From positions 8,116,190 to 8,180,189 of the forward strand of contig NC_057719.1 of NCBI RefSeq assembly GCF_004010195.1: a stretch of 64,000 nt of DNA, given 5' to 3'. Both the position numbers and the translations under genes were made by a program. Source of the DNA: Chiloscyllium plagiosum. Its lineage: Eukaryota. Within the stretch, counting starts at the first letter, position 1, and each line of letters starts with the position of its first letter. Shown piece by piece: positions 12,036-24,400 of this stretch. Under the pieces are notes generated by a model. The model was not told where the DNA came from. It ran no database searches and saw only the letters and a program-made list of their open reading frames with translations.

Positions 12036-12729
12036 CATTAATGGAGCCTGATAGTTGTTTAATTGTCTACCAGCATTCAAGACTGGATGTGGCAAGAGTG
12101 CAGAGTTTTGTTGGTTCGGATCTGTTGGTTGTATGATTGCTTAGGCTTCTAAATCATGTACAGCTTCCACTGTTTAGCATGTACGTAGTCCTGTTTTATA
12201 GCTTCAGCAGGTTGGCTCCTAATTTTTAAATATATCTGGTGCCACTCCTGATATGCCCTCCTGCACTCTTCATGTTCTTCCTCATAAAAGCATATCGCCT
12301 AACACTTCTTCACATTCTACTGCACCTGCCACTTATCCTTCCACTCCAACAACATGTTTATGCCCTTCTGGAATTTTACATTCTCCTTCTCACCATTCAC
12401 AATGGTTGCTCATTTTGTATCATCAATGCCAATTTTGAAATTGTGCCCTGCATACAAAGGTAACTTCTGCTCTTCAAACTTTTCACTGCAGCCTTGCCCA
12501 ACACTATGCCATTTCCGGCTGCCTTTGCAATGCCCCGTCCCCATTTTGTGAGAAGTGGCAGAGACTTTTAGCCATGCTGTTATATACACTTGAATCCTTG
12601 CAATCCTTCGCTCTTCTATTTCAAAAGCCAGCCTAAATCTATCTTTCAGAGCTTTCAATCAGCACCTAATCCATGGCTTATATCTGAGAGTTAATTTTTG
12701 TATCTGTGAATGTCTTGGGTGTTTACCAT

Positions 12730-14925
12730 GGAGACAGTGAGGTCTGCAGATGTTGGAGATCAGCGTTGAGAGTTTGGTGCTGGAAAAGCACAGCAAGTCA
12801 GGCAGCATTCGAGCAGCAGGAAAATCGACCTTTCGGGCAGGAGCCCTTCATCAGGAATGAGGCTGGGATGCTGGGGTGGAGAGATAAATGGGAGGGGGGT
12901 GGGACTGGGGAGAAGGTAGCTAAGAGTGCAATAGGTGGATGGAGGTGGGGATAAAGGTGATAGGTCGGAGAGGAGGGTGGAGCAGATAGGTGGGAAGGAA
13001 GATTGGCAGGTGGGATAGATCATGAGGACGGTGCTGAGCTGGAAGGTTAGAACTGGGGTAAGGTGGGCGGAAGGGGAAATGAGAAAACTGGTGAAGTCCA
13101 CATTGATGCCCTGGGGTTGAAGTGTTCCGAGGCGGAAGATAAGGCGCTCCTCCTCCAGGCATCGGATGGTGAGGGAGTGGCAGTGGAGGAGGCCCAGGAC
13201 CTGTATGTCCTCGGCAGAGTGGGAGGGGGAGTTGAAATGTTCAGCCACTGGGTGGTGGGGTTGGTTGGTGTGCGGATGTCCCGGAGATGTCTCTGAAGTG
13301 CTCTGTGAGAAGATGTCAAGTCTCCCCAGTGTAGAGGAGACTGCATCAGGAGCAACGGATACAATAAATGATGTGTGGAAGTGCAGGTGAAACTTTGATG
13401 GATGTGGAAGGCTCCTTTAGGGCCTTGGACAGAGCTGAGGGGAAGGTGTGGGCGCACGTTTTACAATTCCTGCGGTGGCAGGGGAATGTGCCAGGAGGGG
13501 AGGCTGGCTTGTTAGGGGACGTGGACCTGAACAGGTGGTCACGGAAGAAATGATCTTTGTGGAAATTGGATAAAGGTGGGGAGGGAAATATATTCCTGGT
13601 GGTGGGGTCTTTTTGTAGGTGGTAGAACTGTCAGCAGATGATTCGATTTATGGTTGGTGGAGTGGAAGGTGAGGACCGAGGGGATTCTGTCCTTGTTGCA
13701 GTTGGAGAGGTGAGGTTTGAGGGCAGAGGTGCGGGACGTGGATGAGATGCATTGGAGGGCATCTTCAACCACATGGGAGGTGAAATTTCGGTCTTTAAAG
13801 AAGGAGGCCATCTGGTGTATTCTGTGGTGGAACTGGGCCACCTGGGAGCAGATGCGGTGGAGGCAGAGGAATTAGGAATACAAGATAGAATTTTTGGAGG
13901 AGATACGGTGTGAAGAGGTGTAATCCAGGTGGGTTTGTAAAAATGTCAGTGTTGAGTCGGTCCTCGTGGATGGAGATGAAGAGGTCTAGGAAGGGGAGGG
14001 AGGTGTCAGAGATGGTCCAGGTGAAATTAACGTCGGGGTGAAATGTTTTGGTGAAGTTGATGAACTGTTCGACCTCTTCATGGATCCAGCTGGTCCTTCT
14101 GTGGGTCCTCAACAGTTACCGCAAAGACTGTTCGCTCCGCGACCACCTGGTCAGGTCCATGCCCACAAACAAGCCACCCTCCCCTCCTGGCACATTCCCC
14201 TGCCACCGCAGGAATTGCAAAACCTGCACCCACACCTCCCCTCTCACCTCCATCCAAGGCCCCAAAGGAGCCTTCCACATACATCAAAGTTTCACCTGCA
14301 CTTCCACACATCATTTATTGTATCCGTTGCTCCCGATGCGGTCTCCTTTATGTTGGGGAGACCAGGCGCCTTCTCGCAGAGCACTTCAGAGAACATCTCC
14401 GGGACACCCGCATCAACCAACCCCACCACCCCATGGCTGAACATTTCAACTCCCCCTCCAACTCTGCTGAGGATCTGCAGGTCCTGGGCCTCCTCCATCG
14501 CCACTCCCTTACCTCCCGATACCTGGAGGAGGAGCGCCTTATCTTTCACCTCAGGCCCCTCCAACCCCATTGCATCAATGTGGACTTCACCAGTTTCCTC
14601 ATTTCCTCTCCCCCCACTTTACCCCAGTTCCAACCTTCCAGCTGAGCAACGTCCTCATGACCTATCCTGCCTGTCAATCTTCCTTCCCACCTATCCCCTC
14701 CACTCTCCCCTCTGACTTATCACCTTCACCCCCACCTCCATCCACCTATTGCATTCGCAGCTACCTTCTCCCCAGCCCCACACACCCCTCCCATTTGTCT
14801 CTCCATCCACCGAGGCTCCCAGTCTCATTCCTGATGAAGGGCTCCTGCCCGAAACGTCGATTTTCCTACTACTCGGATGCTGCCTGACCTGCTGTGCTTT
14901 TCCAGCAACACACTCTCAACGTATC
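12730..14925 (-). mobile_element. Penelope-like element (RT C-terminus plus GIY-YIG endonuclease) with a large inverted terminal copy
   Basis: Minus strand: EQFINFTKTFHPDVNFTWTISDTSLPFLDL (RT) and AEHFNSPSHSAEDIQVLGL (GIY-YIG region). 14100-14925 is the reverse complement of about 12770-13560. TSD tgtttaccat at 12720-12729 and 14926-14935. Confidence 0.9.
14826..14864 (+). ncRNA. Minimal hammerhead ribozyme motif in the PLE terminal repeat
   Basis: CTGATGA (14831-14837), A, GGGC-tcct-GCCC, GAAA, CGTC. Palindromic ACGT stem III; predicted cleavage after GUC at 14858. Confidence 0.7.
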
Positions 14926-15699
14926 TGTTTACCATACTGAAATACTATTTAGAAATGCAAATTAATGTCATTGACATGCTCTTCTTTCAGGAATATCATT
15001 CACTGATGCGAGGATAACTTTCATATTTGTGTTGGTGACCGAAGCCCAGTCGTGTTTCTTTTGCCAACACCCTTGACTCCAGACTGTTCCCACCTTTTCT
15101 GACAGCTTGTTTAGCCTCAAGCCTCCCAAGAAGCTAAACAGAAAACAGATCCTCAGCTTAGTATCAGCCAAAAGAAATCTATCCCGTTGTCTTGATACTG
15201 GCACCTGCCCAACTCCAACTCTGCTCTTAGCAACTTCCCCAGCTCCCATTAAGTGCTGGGCTCAACAATTCCGAACTATTCTGAGAGGGTAGTTGAAGCA
15301 GGCTTTGTCTGTGGGTTTTGAACTGGGAATCCTCTAGTGTGCCTGTTTAACACAGTGTAACAATGATGATGTTTGGACAATTATGATGTTTTGGGATTGT
15401 GCCCTTAAATTAGGGTAAATGAAGAAGGTTCAGGCAAGGGTAGCTAGGCTCTTGATATGTAAGATGTTGAAAGGTTAGCAGGGTCGGCAGAAATGTGGGG
15501 ATTGGAGGTTGTAGTCAGATGAGCCATGATCTTATTAAATGGCGGAGCAGGGCCTGTGGGGACGAATCGCCTACTCCTGCTTCTCATTTTGTGTGTTCTG
15601 CTTTGGGGATTTAATTGTTATGGATCAAAAGAAGGCTAGATTGTTTTACTGAGAAAAAGGTACAAATAATTCACTGAAGGAGACAATGGCAACAACATC

Positions 15700-15735
<36 letters not shown>

Positions 15736-15905
15736 GTCACATGTACCGAGATACAGTGAAAAGTGTTGCTTTGCGTGCTCGACAGGCAGGTTGTACCATA
15801 CGGAGTGCATCAGGGTAGCAGAACTGACAGCAGAATACAGTGTTACAGCCACAGAGAAGTTGCAAGGAGTGAGATCAACATTAACATTTGACAGGTCCAT
15901 TCAAA
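15700..15905 (-). mobile_element. Rex1/Babar-like LINE 3' tail with (GATT)n microsatellite
   Basis: (gatt)n followed by gttgtcacatgtaccgagatacagtgaaaag; reverse complement matches the tail of the element at 50455-51115. Confidence 0.65.
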
Positions 15906-16261
15906 GGTTGCCTGAGTATATGACGAGTCTCCCAAATTCCTGAACAAGTGCTGTAGCTATCCAGTTGCAAATAAATGTGCTGTAAACTGTCCATTTGCTT
16001 TTAAGATGAAAGAGACTTAGGTGTAGAATAGCTAATTAGCACTTTTACCTAAATACAAGGTTAACATCTTTCACGTTGCCAGGTGAAGGGAAGCCATTTT
16101 TGAGATTAGGTCACAGGCTTCCCTACAAATGAGTGAATATCACAGACAGGCATCCGTTCTGTGTGGTCAGCAGAAAGAAGAAGCTTCTTAATTTTGTAAA
16201 TGACCATGGCTGGAGCCGAGGAAATGCATACTGCAGTCAACTTCCAGCAGATTTGTTCGGT

Positions 16262-16307
16262 ATGACTGAGGGAATGAGAATTACTGCACCAGATTTTACT
16301 GCTGGAG
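16262..16307 (+). CDS. Candidate 3' part of a coding exon (MTEGMRITAPDFTAG, phase 1 end); 5' boundary unresolved
   Basis: Donor GAG|gtgaat. Phase 1 end joins in frame with the exon at 22144. The frame is open upstream to about 16133. Confidence 0.35.
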
Positions 16308-17314
16308 GTGAATTTTTGAAATTCTTCAAAAACTAAATAAAGTGCTTGAAAGATGATCACTGGACATTACTGTGGATGGTTTGCTCTAGGGAATTTAGTT
16401 CTGTGAGGAGCATGCTGAATGATAAATATAAAAGGGGAAAATTCTTCTATGTTACTGAAAGTATAGGTAGCCACAAAAAAGAAATCATGTTTAGTCAATG
16501 GTGCTTTATCATTATCGGCTGCTGTAAATGTTTTAAAACTTGAATTCTTGTGTCATTCCTTCAGCTGTTAATTGGAAGTTTGAATTTCTATACAAGTTAT
16601 TAACCTCTTCAGAAATTGTAACACCATTCCTCTATGTTATTCTCTCTTTCAGCAGCCACCCAGTTTCACATTTTTAAGACTGGATAAAAGCAAATTACTG
16701 CGGATGCTGGAATTTGAAACCAAAAGAGAAAATACTGGAAAAGGGCCAATTAAACACGAAACGTCAACTCTTTTCTCTCCTTACAGATGCTGCCAGACCG
16801 GCTGAGATTTTCCAGCATTTTCTATTTTGGTTTCATATTTTTAAGAACCTGCTCTTGCTGCAATTGCTCCTTTTATTAGTACACTGTAAAATTCCTGGCG
16901 TTGTCACATATATTTTAAATTCCACGGTGTCTCTATAAGCGATAGTGGGGACAGATATAGTCATCACAACTGACTCAGCAGTTCATGCTTGGACATGCAG
17001 CTTTCAAGCAAGTTGGTTTAATTCAATCCTTTTTTGTAATCGAGTATAACTGACCTTGAATAGCTTCAATAGACATGAACCTTCCATGCAAACATGATGA
17101 TCCTAGCACCTTGCTTGGCTGTGCAATGTATCTTTTCATCAACTTTTTGTGTGCTGTCAGAGAACCTGAGAGTCATTTGAAATAGTTTGATTCCAATGCT
17201 GTTAGACAACGTGGACATTGTTTTTGCATTGTATAAGGGGTGATAGGAGCAGTAGGTTCAAATGTCACCATGGTAGCTGGTGGAATTTGAATTCAATCAA
17301 TCAAAAATCTAGAA

Positions 17315-17445
17315 GCAAAAATAGAAATTGCTGGAAAAGCTCAGCAGATCTGGCAGCATCTATGGAAAGAAAGCAGAGTTAACGTTTTGGGTCCAGTGAC
17401 CCTTCCTCAGAACTAAGAATGCTGATAACTCTGCTTTCTCTGCAC
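17315..17445 (-). mobile_element. Short PLE-derived element with hammerhead motif (similar copies near 16690, 20225, 20390, 31220, 34212, 36722)
   Basis: Reverse complement reads gtt-CTGAGGA-a-GGGTC-actg-GACCC-aaaa-cgtt-aac, with the core GAAA mutated to AAAA. Confidence 0.65.
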
Positions 17446-17461
17446 AGAGTTAGTCTTTATT

Positions 17462-17779
17462 GGGTGGCACGGTTGCTCAGTGGTTAGAACTGCTGCTTCA
17501 CAGCGCCAGGATCCTGGGTTCGATTGCAGCCTCAGGTGACTGTTTGCACTTTCTCCCCATGTCTGCATGGGTTTGTTGCCATGTTGCCTCCCACAATCCA
17601 AAAGATGTGCAGGTCAGGTAAATTGACCATGGTGTTTAGCGATCGGTAGGTTAGGTGCATTAGCCAGGAGTAAATGCAGGATAATAGCATTGGGGAATGG
17701 GCCTGGGTGGGATACTCTTCGGAGGGTTAGTGTGGACTTGTTGGGCCGACGGGCCTGTTTCCACACTCTAGGGATTCTA
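17462..17779 (+). mobile_element. HE1-like V-SINE (tRNA head, V-domain, CR1-derived tail)
   Basis: ggcacggttgctcagtggttag...ggttcgatt (A and B boxes), V-domain ctcccacaatccaaaagatgtgcagg, tail gggcctgtttccacactctagggattcta. Confidence 0.85.
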
Positions 17780-17789
17780 AGGTCTTCTA

Positions 17790-18393
17790 AGTGCATTTAG
17801 TAGAGGAGTTGGGCGATCACGTTGCGGCTGTACAGGACATTGGTTCAGCCACTATTGGCATATTGTATGCAATTCTGGTCTCCCACATTTAGGAAGGATG
17901 TAGTAAAACTTGAATAGGTTCAGAAAAGATTTACAAGGATGTTGCCAGGGTTGGAGGGTTTGAGCTACAGGGAGAGGGTGAATAGATTGGGGCTGTTTTC
18001 CCTGCAGCTTTGGAGGCTGAGAGGTGACCTTTTGGAGGTCTATAAAATCATGAGGGGCATGAATAGGGTAAGTAGACAAGGCCTTTTCCCTGGGGTGGGG
18101 GAGTACAGAACTAGAGGGTGTAGGTTTAGGGTGGGAGGGTATAAATTTAAAAGGGACCTAATGGGCAATCTTTTCACACAGAGAGTGGTGTGTGTATGGA
18201 ATGAGTTGTCAGAGGATGTGGTAAAGGCTGGTGTAATGACAACACTTAAAGGGCATTGGGTGGGTATATGTATAGGTTTAGAGGGGTATGGGCGGAATGC
18301 TGGGAAATGGGACTAGATTAATTTAGGATATCTGGTCGCTGTGAACAAGTTGGACTGAAAGGCCTGTTTCTGTTCTCTTTATCTCTATGACTC
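17790..18393 (+). mobile_element. CR1 LINE 3' end
   Basis: ORF 17939-18316 LPGLEGLSYRERVNRLGLFSL...; ctctatgactc tail. Confidence 0.9.
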
Positions 18394-18399
18394 ACAAGA

Positions 18400-19800
18400 C
18401 AATTAAAGGAACAAGTAGTAGGCAATTCAGCTTGTTCCGTCATTCATTAACATCATGGCTGATGTTTGGCCTAACTCCATAGTTATGCCTTTGGCCCATA
18501 TTCCTTAATTCCTTTGCTGAACGAAAATTTATTCATCTCAGATATATAATTAACAACTGATCTGGAATCCATGCTGTTTGTGAACCAAACTTCCAAACAT
18601 CCATCACTCTTTGTATGTAGATATGCTTCCTAACATGTTTCCTCAATGGTTTGACCCTAACTCTCAGACTATACCCCCCAGTTTTAGAATTACCAACCAG
18701 TGGAAATGGTTTATCTTTATCTGCCCTGTCTTTTCCTGTTAATATCTTAAAGATTTCAATCTTCTAAGTTCTAGAGAAAACAGGCCTAATTTATACAATG
18801 TCTCGACATAACTCCTGAAATCCAGGTATTATTCTTGTAACCTATGTTGTACTTCCTCCAAGGTCAATGTATCTATCCTAAGGTGTGGTGCCCAGATTGT
18901 TTTGTGGTGCCCAGAGTACACCACGTGAGGTCCATCCAGGGTTTTGTATAACTGCATCACGATTTCAGCTTCCATTAGCCATCTAGAGTGTTTTCTGCAC
19001 CTGTTCATGATATTTTAAAGATCTATGAACCTGAACTTTTAAGGCTTTTTAGACATCCGCTGTATTTAACTTCATAACTCCCAGAAAGTACCGTAAACTA
19101 TCCTTTTTTGGTCCAAAATGGATGACCTCACATTGCTTTCATTGAACTTCATCTGCCACAGATCATCTGATCTATCAATCTCACTTTGTAATTTTATGCT
19201 ATCATCTATATTGTCTGTACTGCTACCTAACTTTGTGTTATTAGCAAATTTGTATATATGACTTTCTGTGTCATTAGACATGTTGTTAACAATTAATGTG
19301 AACAATCAGGCCTAAATAGAGAATCATAATGTCATACAGCAGGGAAACAGGCCCCTTGATCCAACCATAATCCAAACTAAACTAGTTCAACCTGCCTGTG
19401 CTTGGCATGTATCCCCCCAAACATTTCTTATTCATTTACTTATCTAAATGTCTTCTAAACATTGTAACTGTACCCACATCCACCACCTCCTCTGGAAGTT
19501 CATTCCACATGCAAACCACTCTCTGCAAAACAAAATTGCGCCTCATGTCTTTTTTAAATCTTTCATCTTAAAAACGCGTAGTCTTGAAATCCCCCCCTAG
19601 GGAAAAGATACCTGCCATTCACTTTATCTGAGCCCCTCATGATTTTATAAACCTCTGTAAGGTCACCCCTCAACCTCCTACACTCCAGTGAAAATGTGAC
19701 AGCTATCCAGCCTCTCCTTGTACCTCAGATCCCCCCTTCCTTGCAACATCCTGGTAAGTCTTTTCTGAACCTTTTCCACCTTAATAATATCCTTACTGTA
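18400..19800 (-). mobile_element. Two CR1 LINE fragments (about 18400-19310 and 19320-19800)
   Basis: ORF 19072-19305(-) YKFANNTKLG; CR1 3'UTR motifs on the minus strand. Confidence 0.8.
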
Positions 19801-20736
19801 ATAGATTATTATCATTAAAACCCATCTGGTTCACTAAGGTCCTTCTGGGAAGGAAATTTGCCATCCATCCCTGGTCTTACCCACAGCAATGCGGTTGATT
19901 CTTAGCTGTCCTTTGAAATGGCCTAGCAAATATCTTAGTTCAATGGAAGTTAGGGATGGATAACAAACATTGGCCTTGCTGACAATGCCCTCATTGGTGA
20001 AATGAAACATGTTGGCACTGGCGCTTAAATAGTAATGGAACATGAATGTGTTTTGCACCAGAACTAAAGTCTCAGTGCATACCTGTTGGATCTAAATGCA
20101 TTGCCTGTACATTATCCAGTACTCCCAAAAAGCTGAATGTGTCCAAATTGACAAATTAGTCATGCCAATTCTACCAAAGACCCCAATGTGAAATTTTAAC
20201 TGGCTCAGCACTGTCTTCATAGAGATAAAAACCGAAAGAACAGCAGATTCTGGAAATCGGAAACAAAAACAAAAATTGCTGGAGAAGCTCAGCAGGTCTG
20301 GTAGCATCTGCAGAGAGAAATCAAGGTTAATGTTTTGGGTCCAGTGACCCTTCTTCTTTACCTAAAATGTAAGAGTGACTAGGAGGTACAAACAGAAAAT
20401 GCTGGAGGGAACCCAGCAGGTCTGGCCTTGTCTGTTGAGATAGAAACAGAGTTAACAATTTGAGTCGGATATGGCTCTTCTCTGGAACTGACTAGAGAAT
20501 ATTTCTTCAAATGCGACCTTCACAGCATGCTAATGCTTGAACTTAGGCTGAATCACACAAAAATGTTAAATCCCACTAGCATACTCCAGTAGAGTTCAAA
20601 CTGAATTTTTAGCCCCTGTCCAAAGGGAAAAGTGCAAAATGTGTCTGCAGGTTGGGAAGTAGGGTTCACCAGCCCTTTATATTTTTGTGATTGAGTCACA
20701 CAGCACGGAAACAGACCCTTCAGTCCAACTCTTGGT

Positions 20737-21092
20737 GGGGAGATGATGGCCTAGTGGTATTATCGCTGGACTGTTAATCCAGAGACCCAGGTAATGTTCT
20801 GGGAACCAAGTTCAAATCCCGCCACGGCAGATGGTGAAATTTGAATTTAATGAAAATCTGGAATTAAGGATCTAATGATGATCATGAATCCATTGACAAT
20901 TATTGGAAAAACCCATCCGGTTCATTAATGCCCTTTCGGGAGGGAAACTGTCATCCTTACCTGGTATGGCCTACATGTGACTGCAGACCCACAGCAATGT
21001 GGCTGACTCTGAACTTCCCCCTGGGCATTTAGGGATGGGCAATAAATACTGGCCTAGCCAGCGCTGCCCTTGTCCCATGAATGAACAATAAA
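20737..21092 (+). mobile_element. tRNA-derived SINE, second family (other copies about 19818-20005, 23191-23516 minus, 30480-30740 minus, 36420-36710 minus, 44858-45130, 61730-62000)
   Basis: A box tggcctagtgg, B box gttcaaatcc. Tail agggatgggcaataaatactggcc...ccatgaatgaacaataaa. Confidence 0.8.
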
Positions 21093-21469
21093 GTATTCAC
21101 AAGATATCACAGTGCATTCTGTTTTGACTTGCCTACCTGACCCCACCTCCCTTTGAAGGACTCTTGTTTAAAATTCCCTTCACCTCTGAAGGTATGATAT
21201 TCCATGTATCTCTCTCTCTCTCTGTCTCTCCAGAAACTCACTTAATTTACAACTGTAGCCATTTTTGGTTATTTGAGCCCAGTTTAAAAAAATATATATT
21301 TTGGAATTACATATTTAAAATATCCATGGTACTTAGGAATTCTGACCCATGGCATGATATTCTTCAACTAATTTCTGATACATAGCATGTACAATGAACT
21401 GGTTAAGTTAAATAGTTCAATGAGTTTTTTTACTCAACATCACATACTTAGATATATTGTGCCAGGTCA

Positions 21470-22090
21470 TATTTACGCTACAGAAACGGGCCATTTGGCC
21501 CAACAGGTTTGTGTCAGTATTTATTCTCCACATTAGCCTCGATTTTTTTAATCTAACCTTTAAACATAATTTCTATTCCTTTCCCTCCTGTTTATTTACC
21601 TTTTTCTAAACTGTATCCAATCTACTTACCTCAGATAGTGGTGAGTTCCAAATCAACCTACTCTTTTGGTTAGGAGGTTTCTTCTGAATTCCAGTCTGAA
21701 TTATTAATAATCATCTTATTTTGATGGCCTCTAGTTCTGTCTTGCCTGCAAATGGAAAGATTTACATCTGGGTTATCAAATACATGCCATGAGGTAAAAA
21801 GCCCTCTCAATTCACCCATCAATTTTTACTCTTCTAGAGAAAACACCCCCAGCCTGTTCAATCTTCCCTGATGGTTGTAATATTTTATTCTAGTCCCATT
21901 CTAGTAAGTCATTTTCACATTTTCTCCAGTGCCTTTAAATCTTTTACATAATTTTCAGGCCTGAAATGTTCAAAATATCGTCTAAATAGGTTTCTGTGTA
22001 GGTTTAGCGTACTGCTTTTCAGTTATGTCCCTTGAGAAATGAATGCCAGTACTTTGTTTGCTATTTTAGCTTTTTTATGGCCTTATTAAC
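21470..22090 (-). mobile_element. Highly decayed CR1 3' fragment
   Basis: Degenerate CR1 motifs (ccagcctgttcaatcttccctga, acagaaacgggccatttggccc). Confidence 0.6.
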
Positions 22091-22143
22091 CTGGTTTTAT
22101 GTTCTTATCAGAGTACTGAGAGCTGGCACACTTTCCGTTTCAG

Positions 22144-22193
22144 AAACTCTGTCAGGATCGAGCGAGGTCAGGTACGATGCGATTAGATCCCTG
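22144..22193 (+). CDS. Candidate coding exon ((E)TLSGSSEVRYDAIRSL), phase 1 to 0
   Basis: Acceptor ctttccgtttcag, donor CTG|gtaaag. CpG-retaining non-repeat sequence, in frame with the exon at 24969. Confidence 0.6.
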
Positions 22194-22869
22194 GTAAAGC
22201 TTTTATCCTTTGCCTTGGCAAGAGCAGCTTTTCTATATTGTGAATTTAGAAGTCCAGTTTGTATTTAGACATGGCATATTTACAACCTAAAAGTCCAATC
22301 TCTGCGTAGAGCATTGATGATGTTAATCTTGAAATTGCAATTGCACAACTGGTTGTAATTCTTTGGCCAAAGTGTCACATCAGCAGCAGCAAATTATGCT
22401 TTCGCGACTTTTTGGATTCAGTTTGCAGACATTTTTTCATATTCTGGACTGTGATATAGACCAGAAAGCCCTGAGTTTGGTGCACTGGTTAGTCGACTTG
22501 TACTCTATATAATTGTGCATCAGTCCTTATGGGCTAGTGAGAATTAGGTTCCATGCCTGTCGCTTTCTGCTATGAGCCTGGTTTCAAAATGTAAACAAAT
22601 AGATAGGATTTGATGGAGTGAGGGTTGTGGGGGTGTGTTTTGGAATGCGGAGGCTGTGGGGGTGGGGGTTGATTATTTGCTGAAGCGAACTCACAAATTA
22701 GGTTAAGGGCAAGGTCAGTAGAGATGCAGTCACAAACTATTGAGGAATATTCAAGAATACATAAAATAGATACATTTTAACCAGAAAGACAAACTCCATT
22801 TGGTTACTGACTTAAAAGTAGTATCAAACCTCAAGAAAAATAACATATAATTGTGTAGAGATGGGAGGC

Positions 22870-24400
22870 AGGTCAAAAAAGTGGACAAAATATATTTTTA
22901 AAAAGCAAGAATTGCTAAACAAATGATAAAAAGAAAACATTAGAGCATGAGAGAAAACTAGCCAGAAATATAAAAACAGGTAGTAAGAGTTTCAATAGAC
23001 ATTTTAAAAAGAAAAGCGTTAACAAAATGAGCAATGATCCTATAGAAAATTGACCCAGGGAATTAAAACTAGAAAATAAGGAGATGGCAGATAAATTTAA
23101 TAGGTGTTTTGCATCAGTCTTCACTATAGTGGTTAATCAGGAAATGTAAGGAGCTCAAATTGCAATCACCATGGAAGTAGTACTGAGCAATTTTTTTATT
23201 CATTCAGGGGATAAGGGCATCGCTGCTAGATCAGCATTTATTTCCCAGAGGGCAACTTACCACATTGCTATGGGTCTGATATCACATGTAGGCCAGACCA
23301 GATAACTTCCTTCTCTAAAGGGCATTAACGAACCAGATGGATTTTTCCTGACAATCAGTAATGGCTTCATGATTATCACTTGACTCAATTCCAGGCATTT
23401 ATTGAATTCAAATTCTAGCATCTGCTGTGACAGGATTCAAACCCAGGCCCCTAGAACATTACCTAGGTCTCTGGATTAAAGGTCCAGCAATAATACCACT
23501 AGGCCAATGCCTCCCCACTACTTGTTGGAGCTGTGGGCTGACAAGTCCTTGGGTCCTGATGGATTTTATCCTAGACCTTAAAAGAAGTGATTAGTGAGGT
23601 AGTTGATGCGTTGTTTTTAAATTTCCAAAATTCTCTAGATTCAGGGAAGCTTCCATTAGATTGTGAAATAATGAATGTAGCTCCTTTATTCAAAAGGGGA
23701 GGAAGACTGAAAGTTGGAAGGAAACATACTATCTATAGAGGGTAAGGGATTCCAGAGGCATTTGGCTGGTCCAGTTTCAAAATGTTAGTATGCAGGTACA
23801 GCAAGTAATTTGGAAAACTCACAGCATGTTATAATTTATCCTGAGGGGAATTGAGTACAAAAGTAAGGAGGTAATGCTTCAGATATGTAGGACATTTGTT
23901 ATAATAATGGTCTCCCTATTTAATGAAACATGTGAAGCAGTTCAGAGAACGTTCACTTGGCTAATACTTGGAATGGATAGATTATTTTATGAAGATAGGT
24001 TAGACATGTTGGACAGGTTTTGGCTGGAGTTTAAAACAGTAAGAGGTGACTTGATTGAAACATATGGGGAATTTGAGAGGCTGAATAGGGAATAGATGTT
24101 TCCTCTTGTAGGGGAATCTAGTAGCGGGGAAGAGATCACTGTTTGAAGATCATGTTTCATCTGTTTAAAACAGCAATTAGATTTATTTTTGCTTTTGAAG
24201 GGTTGTGAGTCTTTGGAACTAACTTTCTCATCGGGTAGTGAAAGCAGAGTCTTCGAATATTTTTAAGGTAAAGGTAGATAAATGCTTTATCAGCAAGAGC
24301 AGGACATGTTACCAGTGATGGTTGGGAATAGGGAATAATGAAACCAGCTGTTATAGAATGATGGGGTGGGCTCAAGAGGCTGAGTGCCCTTCTCCTACTT
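22870..24400 (+). mobile_element. Decayed CR1 LINE ORF2 fragments with an inserted SINE (23191-23516)
   Basis: Motifs gggtcctgatgggattttatcctaga and RLDMLDRFWLEFKTVRGDLIETY. Confidence 0.8.

Noticed and set aside
14038..14715. 225-aa ORF as a host gene
   Set aside because: Off-frame reading across the inversion junction and arm of a Penelope-like element.
15106..15289. Possible exon LFSLKPPKKLNRKQ...
   Set aside because: Open frame in unique sequence, but weak donor (gtagtt) and no phase-compatible upstream exon identified.
17462..17535. tRNA genes at SINE heads (also 20737, 31533, 63228)
   Set aside because: A and B boxes continue into SINE body and LINE-like tail; no complete cloverleaf.
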